DNA of 64,000 bases from Candidatus Heimdallarchaeota archaeon. GTDB taxonomy: Archaea > Asgardarchaeota > Heimdallarchaeia > Hodarchaeales > Hodarchaeaceae. Made by a program: the position numbers and the translations under genes. Positions 39,603 through 48,405 of this stretch are shown here, piece by piece (position 1 is the stretch's first letter; every line of letters starts with the position of its first letter). Location: assembly GCA_011364965.1 (NCBI GenBank), contig RDOB01000003.1, positions 1 through 64,000 of the forward strand, given 5' to 3'. Under the pieces are notes generated by a model, which worked only from the letters and a program-made list of their open reading frames with translations, searched no databases and was not told where the DNA came from.

Positions 39603-41648
39603 TTATATTATCTTTCTAGATAGTAATTTTCCTTTTTTAGTTCCAATTAAAGACAATATAGCCAATGAGATTACAACAAAAGGAAATTCAAATGAGGATA
39701 TCTGTCCTCCGCTTGGAACTACCTCTTTTGTTTTTGTTAATTCACCTGTATCTATCAAAACGAAATATGGAGCATATCCTTCATAAGTAGCCTCCCAAAC
39801 AAACTCTACTTCATTAAAATAGGTTTCCATATCTTTCCAACTAGCTTGGTCTTCACTCCAATAAATCCAGTGGTATACAGGAAAATTTGAAGTAGATCCA
39901 TTGATTGGGAGAGCTAAAGTCATAAAGATAATTGCATCTGGTTGTTGACAGCGAAATCTTACTGCATAAGATAAATTAATAACACTTTGGGGTAAGAACT
40001 CTTCGTGAACAATCGTGAAATTAAATGTTTGATCAATTTTTGAAGCTATAGTCAGATAAAACCATACTTCTCCCTGGTGATCTACAAAAGCAATTGAACG
40101 GGGAGTAAAAGCATTTAATTCCCAGTTCCAATTAAAAGAACTAGTATAGATTGAAAATAAATAAATGGATATGATAGTATTATTTGCTTCATCAATCAGA
40201 GTTAGATTTAATGAATAACTGCCATTTATTAATCCAAGATATTGTATTGTACGATTTATCCCCATATTAATAATATATTCTCTGGAATCGTTTGTTTCAA
40301 TTAATAGGGATTTTAACCTCGTTTTCTCGTCAACACTTATTTGGAAGATCACTTTTCCTTTTAAAACGCTATTATTTTGAAACCCATATATTTGGAAGGA
40401 AGGGGGAGTATTATCAACAATGAATACAAAAAGAGTGGAAACTTTTACTTGACTTACACTTTGTACAGAGACATTGAGTACATGAAGTCCTTCATTCATG
40501 GGAGCGGCAATGGTAGTGCCTTCTGGAACCGTTAAAGGTTCGTTACTATCCCAATTATATGTGAATGTACCATTTCCAGATTTGATATCTAATTCAACCC
40601 CTTTATTGCCTTGTATTTTGCTATTATTCTCAAGTTTAATTAATTCAATTGCTGGATAAGTATCATCAGTTATGAAAGTTAAATGAATTGTATTGGTAAT
40701 CGAAAGAGTATCAGTTGCAAAAATCATTAGATGGTGATCTGTTTCGCCAACAGGGAAAGTAGTAGTTATTAAGGAAGTAGAAGTTATGTTCTCTCCTTCA
40801 TCCCAGCTATATTTAACTTCGTTAACTTTGAATGGAGAATCCAACTCTATTTGAATAGTAGTTCCATTTGGACGTATTGTATTGTTACCCGGAGTCAAAC
40901 TAATCATACTAGGACCGATATAATCTTGAGGAAGGGAGGCAAATTCAGCAAGAGTTAGATTATACCAGAATGGGGTTACGTATGTAAAGTTTTGAGACAA
41001 AAATAACCCATCGGTTGAATATCTTGATATAATATCCCCAATATCAGGAACTGTAACGCTAATCTTCCATGCATCGAAACTTCCAATATTTTCTAGTTCA
41101 AAATTCTCATAGGAAACATAAAAGGTTGACTCCTCAATAATAAAAGAATATCCATCGTAGAAATCTGAAGGATTGATCCAAAAATCGAAAGTATTATATC
41201 TCATTCCCCACCACATGAAATACGGAGAAGCATGATAAAAATGTGAGACAGATGATCGATTCACAGAGGGATAAAAAGGAGATTCGTATTCAGGCGCAAC
41301 AGGAGGCCCTGCATCATTAGGTATTGAATAATCACACCTTACATCCCAATGAGTCTTGTTAAGAGATAAAATCGTTGTATTGAATATATTTCCATTCTCC
41401 CATTTCAGATTATATGGATTCCATATGTATTCTTGAACTGTTAAATTTGTATGAGGAAGGAATACAGTATTACTTTCAACTTCTCCGATAGAGTATGTTA
41501 ACCTGGATGAATCATATTCACCATCTATTGCTGAATTATAATTTGATTCTTCAGTGATAGAATATTGTAAATTAGTAAATGCTATTGATGCGATAAGTAT
41601 TCCTATAATAAGGTTGAATTTTATCTCCGATTGTCGAATTAGACCCAT
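39603..41648 (-). CDS. Secreted surface glycoprotein with Ig-like repeats and C-terminal anchor
   Basis: Signal peptide, repeated Y[SN]WD and D-x-T-x-P linkers, many N-x-S/T sequons, and ISSFEF + TM + KKGK. Confidence 0.75.
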   Translation of the reverse strand: MGLIRQSEIKFNLIIGILIASIAFTNLQYSITEESNYNSAIDGEYDSSRLTYSIGEVESNTVFLPHTNLTVQEYIWNPYNLKWENGNIFNTTILSLNKTHWDVRCDYSIPNDAGPPVAPEYESPFYPSVNRSSVSHFYHASPYFMWWGMRYNTFDFWINPSDFYDGYSFIIEESTFYVSYENFELENIGSFDAWKISVTVPDIGDIISRYSTDGLFLSQNFTYVTPFWYNLTLAEFASLPQDYIGPSMISLTPGNNTIRPNGTTIQIELDSPFKVNEVKYSWDEGENITSTSLITTTFPVGETDHHLMIFATDTLSITNTIHLTFITDDTYPAIELIKLENNSKIQGNKGVELDIKSGNGTFTYNWDSNEPLTVPEGTTIAAPMNEGLHVLNVSVQSVSQVKVSTLFVFIVDNTPPSFQIYGFQNNSVLKGKVIFQISVDEKTRLKSLLIETNDSREYIINMGINRTIQYLGLINGSYSLNLTLIDEANNTIISIYLFSIYTSSFNWNWELNAFTPRSIAFVDHQGEVWFYLTIASKIDQTFNFTIVHEEFLPQSVINLSYAVRFRCQQPDAIIFMTLALPINGSTSNFPVYHWIYWSEDQASWKDMETYFNEVEFVWEATYEGYAPYFVLIDTGELTKTKEVVPSGGQISSFEFPFVVISLAILSLIGTKKGKLLSRKII

Positions 41649-41791
41649 TTGATCACCTTTAATAGCAGATTAGATGACATAGTGAATGTATCTTTTCCAA
41701 CTAGGTTTGAAGTAAGAAAAATTAAGAGCTAAAAAAAGGCTTCGTGTACAGTGTGTTTTTTGTGCACATCTATTTTTATAGGGACTAGAAT

Positions 41792-41968
41792 ATGAAGACA
41801 TCAACGATAACAATAAGATTACCTTTAGAGACAATAAAGGAAATCGAGCGTATGTCTAAAGTAACTAGACTTCGTCCATCTGTTCTTTGTGCATTCGTTC
41901 TCCAAGAGAAATTACATGAATGGGTTCAGGAATACTCAGAAGATCTTGCACGAGAATTAGGTGATTAA
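41792..41968 (+). CDS. Small ribbon-helix-helix (CopG/Arc-like) protein, 58 aa, absent from the ORF track
   Basis: MKTSTITIRLPLETIKEIERMSKVTRLRPSVLCAFVLQEKLHEWVQEYSEDLARELGD. The stop lies 2 nt before the next ATG and overlaps that gene's GGTGA RBS. Confidence 0.75.
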   Translation: MKTSTITIRLPLETIKEIERMSKVTRLRPSVLCAFVLQEKLHEWVQEYSEDLARELGD

Positions 41969-41970
41969 CC

Positions 41971-42720
41971 ATGGTAGACCTACTAATCCGATTTAGTGCG
42001 ATATTTTCGTTGATTGCAATGGGTCTTGTTTCAGCATATGGGTCAGTTCATTTTTTGAGATTATGGCAGAAATTTAAAGAAGAAGCGCTTTTCCATCTGG
42101 GAATCTTAGGTTTTGGTTTAATTTTTTATCTTTTATTCGTCGCTGGATTAATATATTTAAATCCAAACAAAGATACTATCTTAATTCTTATAAAGAGGAC
42201 GATTGGAATTATTTATTCGTTTCTATGTCTTGAGTTGAGTCTTTTCTATCTAACAGCCTTTGTTAATCGAAGAAGTATGTTCGAAAAATACATTCCATTT
42301 ATTGTTGGTATTACATCGGGAATGGCTATAGCTTTGGTGGGAATGCAAGAAACTAATCCATGGTTTGAGATTATTCTGTTTGTAGAATATTTTTTACCGT
42401 TTATATTTTTAGTGGGACTTGTTATACGGATATCACGTGGAGCAGTGGAAATACTGGGAGATAAAAGAATTTCTCCACAGGATAGACGGTTCATTAAAGC
42501 ATTGCTCATTACAGCTATAGTAATGTTTATTTCAGCCATTGGAGATCTTGTTTTCTTCGGAATTTTTATATTTATTACCATCAATATCTGGGATTTTGTC
42601 ATTACCTTTAGCGCGGTGATAGGACCATTCGTAGCAATTCTTTTCCTTAGCTTAGTAAGAAGGGTATTTATAGATATAGAAGAAGCTGATGTTGTGCACC
42701 TGATGAATTTAATAAGTTAA
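41971..42720 (+). CDS. Stand-alone 7TM membrane protein
   Basis: Seven hydrophobic segments and no soluble output domain. Confidence 0.7.
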   Translation: MVDLLIRFSAIFSLIAMGLVSAYGSVHFLRLWQKFKEEALFHLGILGFGLIFYLLFVAGLIYLNPNKDTILILIKRTIGIIYSFLCLELSLFYLTAFVNRRSMFEKYIPFIVGITSGMAIALVGMQETNPWFEIILFVEYFLPFIFLVGLVIRISRGAVEILGDKRISPQDRRFIKALLITAIVMFISAIGDLVFFGIFIFITINIWDFVITFSAVIGPFVAILFLSLVRRVFIDIEEADVVHLMNLIS

Positions 42721-43947
42721 ATTATTAATAAAATCTTCAAGATATTGCATTCTTTCTTCAATCGGAGGATGGGATAAGAAAAAATATTTTTCCCACCAGG
42801 GGGGACAAAGATCAGCAAGATTTTGATCGGCCATTTTTATAAAAAGACTTTTAATGACATTAAAATCTGAAACAATGGTAGAGGCAAATTTATCTGTCGC
42901 TTTTTCCAGTTTACGTGAGTACCATAAACTAGGTACATTAAAAATAAACGAATTCAACAACCAGAAACTTAAACCAAGAATAGGTATGTTACTAACATCA
43001 CTAATATCGGAGGAATATCCAAAAAAGCTCACGAGATATGGAAACATTAAATGAGAGAGAAAAAACAAAAGAAATGTAGTTAACAATGCGAGTAGAATAT
43101 TTTTTCTTAAATCATGGTGCCTGTGATGCCCAAATTCATGAGCAAGGATCCATTTGATTTCATCTTTCGTATACTGAGAAAGCATGGTATCAGCAATTAT
43201 GATACGTCTTGTTGGGCCTATCCCCATTAACCCAGCATTTCCAGTAGTTGCTACCTCCCCTAAATGCCAATTAAAGGCATTCGTTACTTTTACACCTGTC
43301 TGGTCTGCCATCTGAAGCAGCTCAGTGACAAATTCAGGGTGAGTTTTCTCCAAAGGATCAAATTTGTAGAATAAAGGAAGAATGAAAATTGGTACTAATA
43401 CTGAAAAAAGGAGCGATAAAAGAAACAAGGCCATTGTAGCCCAGATCCACCAACTATCGGGATAGTATCTAAGTAAGAAATAGAAGCCTTGAAAAATGGG
43501 AAGGCCAATGAGAAAGGTTAAAAATTCACCTTTGAAATATCTTCTAATCCATTGAATGTTGGTTAATTTTGATAAACCATATTTTCTTGAGAGATTCGCA
43601 TGAATATAGAAGGATAAGGGTAATTCCCAAAAACTAATAAGAATAAAACCTGTTATAAAAAACACACCAATTATTAGTATAGGTTCATTGGTAATATATT
43701 CAACGATTAGATCTCGATACCAGATTGTTAATCGGGAGAGTAAAAACACTAATGATAGAAGTAATGAAACGATCATTAGGATAAAATTATATTTTTTAGA
43801 AGTTCGAGTATACTCGATAGCTAATTTTCTTCGTTCAACGTTGAAATCAAAAACAAGATGAGGAATATCGTTAGCATCCTTAGAATTGGGGGCTAATGGC
43901 TGAGATAAGACTGTTTCACTATTATCTTCGATCACTAAAAACACCAA
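42709..43947 (-). CDS. M48 Ste24-like membrane zinc metalloprotease
   Basis: Ste24-like N-terminal TMs (KYGLS), GNAG.MG.G.TRRI, LAHEFGH, E..TD and SHPP..ER motifs. Confidence 0.92.
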   Translation of the reverse strand: MVFLVIEDNSETVLSQPLAPNSKDANDIPHLVFDFNVERRKLAIEYTRTSKKYNFILMIVSLLLSLVFLLSRLTIWYRDLIVEYITNEPILIIGVFFITGFILISFWELPLSFYIHANLSRKYGLSKLTNIQWIRRYFKGEFLTFLIGLPIFQGFYFLLRYYPDSWWIWATMALFLLSLLFSVLVPIFILPLFYKFDPLEKTHPEFVTELLQMADQTGVKVTNAFNWHLGEVATTGNAGLMGIGPTRRIIIADTMLSQYTKDEIKWILAHEFGHHRHHDLRKNILLALLTTFLLFFLSHLMFPYLVSFFGYSSDISDVSNIPILGLSFWLLNSFIFNVPSLWYSRKLEKATDKFASTIVSDFNVIKSLFIKMADQNLADLCPPWWEKYFFLSHPPIEERMQYLEDFINNLTY

Positions 43948-44083
43948 AACTTAATTTTTTAACAAAAATATCAACCCTTATTTCTTGATTGTGATACTAT
44001 TACTGTGAATAATACTAAAATCTTAGCTCGGGATTGATCCATGTGTTCTAGAACTCTTCCATTTAATTCGAGGTTACCATAAG

Positions 44084-44794
44084 ATGTCACTTCAACGTTT
44101 ATTTACCAAATTCAGTAAATCACTTGAGGATAAAGACTCAAATGAGGATTATAAAAAAGAAGATATTACTTTACATGTTATGAGGGTATTAGCGAATCCT
44201 ATAGTACAACTCTTAAATCCGTACGGATTTATTACTCCTAATCGTATAACATGGTTTGGATTTTTTTGTGTAATCTTTGGAGCTTTAGTCTTAATTATTT
44301 CAGGAGACAATTTAATACTCTTAGGGATTGTTGCGGTTTCTTACTGGCTTTCATCATATTTTGACACCGTGGATGGAATGTTAGCACGTAAACGAGGAAT
44401 TGCTAGCAAAAATGGCGCCTGGTTGGATAGCATATTAGAAGAAGGAAAAGGATATTTCTTTTTCTTTGCCCTAGCTCTTCATATTCAAGACTCAAATGGA
44501 TTATTCACATTAAATTTCGGAGCAACTCCTATTATAACTCTTAATGTATGGATGGTTTTATTTATTATGTATGGAGCAGAGAGATGGCTTGCTTTAATGG
44601 CACTATGGGGAAATATGATATTAGAAGAGCCACGTGTGGTCTCTATGGGACATATATATATTGTTGGTATCTTTTTACTCCTAAATATCTTAGATTGGTT
44701 CCTTGTTATCTATACTATTTTAGTGATAATCGGTGTGGTTTACACACTTGTCGAAAAAACTTTCTTTTTTACCCCATTCAAGAAAAGTGAGTAG
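44084..44794 (+). CDS. CDP-alcohol phosphatidyltransferase family
   Basis: ITPNRIT and DTVDGMLAR....S..GAWLD motifs. Confidence 0.88.
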   Translation: MSLQRLFTKFSKSLEDKDSNEDYKKEDITLHVMRVLANPIVQLLNPYGFITPNRITWFGFFCVIFGALVLIISGDNLILLGIVAVSYWLSSYFDTVDGMLARKRGIASKNGAWLDSILEEGKGYFFFFALALHIQDSNGLFTLNFGATPIITLNVWMVLFIMYGAERWLALMALWGNMILEEPRVVSMGHIYIVGIFLLLNILDWFLVIYTILVIIGVVYTLVEKTFFFTPFKKSE

Positions 44795-44813
44795 AGATCG
44801 CCCAATTGAGGAA

Positions 44814-45599
44814 TCACATTGTAAAAATGGACACCTTGGAGTATGCCGGGGCTTCAACTTCCTCACTTGGATCTAAACATAATTCCTGCAACTCAATGAA
44901 CGTCTCAGATATAGCTTTTTTATAGAGTGATTCAGGAATCCCTCGCTGGTGCGAAAATACTCGTTCCCGTAAAAACCACACAAGATCAGTGATAGACAGT
45001 CTCCTTATACTTAAATGCTCAAATTCAGCATTCTTCCATCCCTGATTCTTTAAAAAGATCTTTACACCTTTTCTTATCAAATCCCATTTAAAATAGTATT
45101 TATAACCCATGTCTTCCAATTTCTGGTAAAAAATTCGAAATGGTAAAGTTTCTTGATAATCTACGAAAATCTCGCAATTAATATAACTTCCTTCAGCTTG
45201 TAAATATTCTAAAATCTTATTTAATAGGGTGTAAGGATTAGAAACCAGATGTAAGAGATGAGAGGTTATTATGGTATTAAATTTTATGGAAAAAGGAAGA
45301 AAAGAACCATCAGCGACTATTAGACTCAACGATTTATCGTTTAAAGCCTTTTTACAACAGTATTGAATCATTTTCTCTGAAATATCGATACCTATAAACG
45401 AAGAAGAGGTTATTTTTTGAAGAGGAATTGCTAAACGTCCCGTACCAACCCCTATCTCTAGGATTCGAGCCCTAGAATCCAGAGAGAGCTGACTTTCTAT
45501 TGTTTCTATAGTGCTATACAATAAATCGACAGGAATAGCACGAGTGTAGTCATAGAAGGACACAGCCCAGTCAAATGAATTTATATTTTCGTTCTTCAT
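44814..45599 (-). CDS. Class I SAM-dependent methyltransferase
   Basis: ILEIGVGTGR, GIDISEKM and ADGSFLPF motifs. Confidence 0.9.
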   Translation of the reverse strand: MKNENINSFDWAVSFYDYTRAIPVDLLYSTIETIESQLSLDSRARILEIGVGTGRLAIPLQKITSSSFIGIDISEKMIQYCCKKALNDKSLSLIVADGSFLPFSIKFNTIITSHLLHLVSNPYTLLNKILEYLQAEGSYINCEIFVDYQETLPFRIFYQKLEDMGYKYYFKWDLIRKGVKIFLKNQGWKNAEFEHLSIRRLSITDLVWFLRERVFSHQRGIPESLYKKAISETFIELQELCLDPSEEVEAPAYSKVSIFTM

Positions 45600-45757
45600 A
45601 ATTTTATTTCATATAGCTCATTTTATATCCCCTTAAGATGTTTTGTGCATACTTAGCTTTGTGTGCCTCAATTGAAAACATTATTAGAAGCATTTTAGAT
45701 TTTCAAGAATTGCTAGTAGAAGCAAATTATTGAGTCTACACGGAAGTTTCGATATCG

Positions 45758-47173
45758 ATGCAACTTTATAATTCACTCACACGAGTAAAAGAAGAACTCA
45801 TCCCAATTGAGGATAAGAAAATCAGGTTTTATTCTTGCGGGCAAACAGTTTATGAAGATGCTCATATAGGAAATGCAAGAACATATTCTTACTGGGATGT
45901 TTTAGTTAGGTATCTTCGTTGGAGAGGTTACGATGTTTTTTGGGTTCAAAACTTTACAGATGTGGGTCATTTGACTGATGATGCCGATGCAGGTGAAGAT
46001 AAAATAATCAAAACTGCGTTAGCGAAAGATATTCAACCAATGGTTCTTGTGGAGAAACAGATTCGCAAATTCTATGAAGATATGGACAAATTGAATATAC
46101 AAAGAGCTGATCTCTACCCTCGAGCTACAGGAGAAATCCCAGAAATGATTGAATTTGTAAGGGATCTCTTAACAAAAGGATATGCTTATGAGGTTAATGG
46201 GTCAATTTACTTCGATATAACTAAATTTGAAAAATATGGTGAACTTAGTCCATCCGATTATTCTGAAGAAACAGCTGGAGTCCGTATAGCGGTTAATCCT
46301 GAGAAAAGAAACCCACGAGACTTCGCTCTATGGATAAAAGCGCCTGAGACTCATTTAATGAAATGGCCCTCCCCCTGGGGAATGGGTTATCCGGGTTGGC
46401 ATCTCGAATGCTCAGTAATGAGTCAGAAATATCTAGGAACGACACTAGATATTCACGCAGGCGGGATTGATCATTTACATCTTCACCACCCAAACGAAAT
46501 TGCGCAAAGTGAATCCCGAACAGGGGAAAAATTCGTTAATTATTGGATTCACGCGGCTTTTCTAACCGTGGATGGAGAAAGAATGGGAAAATCTAAAGGA
46601 AATTATATTTTAATTCGGGATCTCTATAAGGAATTTGATCCCACGCTTATTCGGTTATTCTTAGTGAATTCACACTACCGTAAAAGCGTAGATTTCAATA
46701 AAGATGCTATAAATCAGACTCAAATACTCTTAGATCGCTTTCGAACGACAGTTGCAGCATTAAATCAAGCTCCTGGAGGGAAAAAAAAGGATCTTCTTAA
46801 AAGTATAAATCAAGTGACATCTGATTTTATCACTGCGATGGATGATGACCTCAATACAGTAGGAGCGATACAAGCCATTATGCAATTTATCAAAACGGTT
46901 AATAATTCATTAGATAATACAAAAGAACTTCTTTTAGAAGCAAAAAATACTATAATCACACTTTTAGGGATATTAGGAGTAAATTTGGATATGAGTGAAA
47001 CCCAAGGCCCTGTAGCTCTCCCAGCTCTTGTTAACCTGATAGTAAAATTACGCACTGATCTTCGAAACGTAAAACAATTTCAATTAGCAGATGAAATTCG
47101 CGCAAAACTTCTAAACTTGGGTATCCAACTAGAAGATAAACCCGAAGGTACAATCTGGAAATTTAAAAGCTAA
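45758..47173 (+). CDS. cysS: Cysteinyl-tRNA synthetase
   Basis: YSCGQTVY, HIGNAR, DFALW, GWHLECS, DIHAGGID, HHPNEIAQ, RMGKSKGN and ADEIR motifs. Confidence 0.98.
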   Translation: MQLYNSLTRVKEELIPIEDKKIRFYSCGQTVYEDAHIGNARTYSYWDVLVRYLRWRGYDVFWVQNFTDVGHLTDDADAGEDKIIKTALAKDIQPMVLVEKQIRKFYEDMDKLNIQRADLYPRATGEIPEMIEFVRDLLTKGYAYEVNGSIYFDITKFEKYGELSPSDYSEETAGVRIAVNPEKRNPRDFALWIKAPETHLMKWPSPWGMGYPGWHLECSVMSQKYLGTTLDIHAGGIDHLHLHHPNEIAQSESRTGEKFVNYWIHAAFLTVDGERMGKSKGNYILIRDLYKEFDPTLIRLFLVNSHYRKSVDFNKDAINQTQILLDRFRTTVAALNQAPGGKKKDLLKSINQVTSDFITAMDDDLNTVGAIQAIMQFIKTVNNSLDNTKELLLEAKNTIITLLGILGVNLDMSETQGPVALPALVNLIVKLRTDLRNVKQFQLADEIRAKLLNLGIQLEDKPEGTIWKFKS

Positions 47174-47394
47174 TAATGTATATAAAATTCAAAACTAAGA
47201 AGAGAGATATTTCTTCCTTATTTTGATTATAATCCAAGGACTGCATTTTTTTTAATTTTTATCAGTTAAACTAGGAAGGAATTCACATAATTGCACTAGA
47301 ATTCTATATTTTCTCCTCATCAAACGAAAAGTTTTTCTAAATTGTTCAAATTACCATCAATTATTATAGACTAATCTAACTTGATTTCCAGATA

Positions 47395-48108
47395 ATGAGG
47401 TATCAATCTGTGACAAATCAGAAATTAACTGTATTAACTTTGATCGTAATGATCTTTATAATTGTTTGCAATATATCAACTGCCCAAGCTGATTACGTGG
47501 TTATCGATTGGGGAGATGTAGTAAATATCAAAAGCACTCTTAATTATCGAAAACCAGGTGAACAAACCCCAGCTTTTTATAGTGAAACTCACATTGAATT
47601 ATTTCTAGGTGATATTCCATCCCCATACTTAAACCTTACATATGATAGACTCTTAACCATGTTCCAAGCTTTTCGAGAACATTTAATTGGGATGAGAGAA
47701 GGACAAACGCGAAAATTTACAGTTAGTTATGTAGAAGCGGGGATTACTAACCAATCTGATGTTTTATATAATGCTGAACTTATCTATACAGTTTTATTTA
47801 TCGAAATGCTCTATGACGCTCACTATGATCCGAAAGTTGATATCACATTTACTCATCCGTTGATTCTATTCCCATTATTAGGTTTGTTGTTTGGAACTGT
47901 GTATCTAGTTGCAAATGGATACCATAAACCTCTATTCGAGAAAATCAGGCATGTTGGTGTAGCAAAATGTATAAATTGTCAAAAACCCACTAATTTAATG
48001 TGTGCTAATCCAAGATGTAGAAAACTGATATGTAGTACCTGTTTTTCAAAACATGGATGTCCCATTTGTCACGGAACCAAGCTAATAGAACGTACAAAAA
48101 GGTTCTAA
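47395..48108 (+). CDS. Single-pass protein: signal peptide, FKBP-like ectodomain, TM, cytoplasmic 8-Cys RING-like Zn finger
   Basis: AQA|D cleavage site, GDVV and LIGMREGQTRKFTV...EAG...L.Y.V (FKBP-like), a TM, then CxxC-x7-C-x4-C-x4-CxxC-x5-CPIC. Confidence 0.65.
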   Translation: MRYQSVTNQKLTVLTLIVMIFIIVCNISTAQADYVVIDWGDVVNIKSTLNYRKPGEQTPAFYSETHIELFLGDIPSPYLNLTYDRLLTMFQAFREHLIGMREGQTRKFTVSYVEAGITNQSDVLYNAELIYTVLFIEMLYDAHYDPKVDITFTHPLILFPLLGLLFGTVYLVANGYHKPLFEKIRHVGVAKCINCQKPTNLMCANPRCRKLICSTCFSKHGCPICHGTKLIERTKRF

Positions 48109-48405
48109 ATTAGATTATAGAGTAGAACTTTTAATAAAAAAGGGTCTTATATTCCAATCTAAGGATTTTTAAAAAATTTAACATATAGAAATAAGATTTG
48201 ATGAATTCTTTATTTTACCCCAATTCAATTTGGTATTCAAGTCAGTTATTGATCTTAAATGCCATTTAACGTTAAAAAAATACAAAATCTGAATGCACTC
48301 TTGATAAAGCTTAAAAATTAGAATGATATTACAGAGAAAGTGTAGGACGGGCTAAAGATATATTTTAGCTTCCTATTATTGAAAATAATTTAGAGGTATC
48401 ATGCT

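Noticed and set aside
33947-39786. Numerous 60-150 aa antisense ORFs within nhaA and the ABC operon (also within the opp genes)
   Set aside because: They are antisense shadows of well-supported genes.
41971-42720. Rhodopsin or true GPCR call for the 7TM protein
   Set aside because: There is no retinal-binding Lys motif in TM7 and no GPCR signature motifs.
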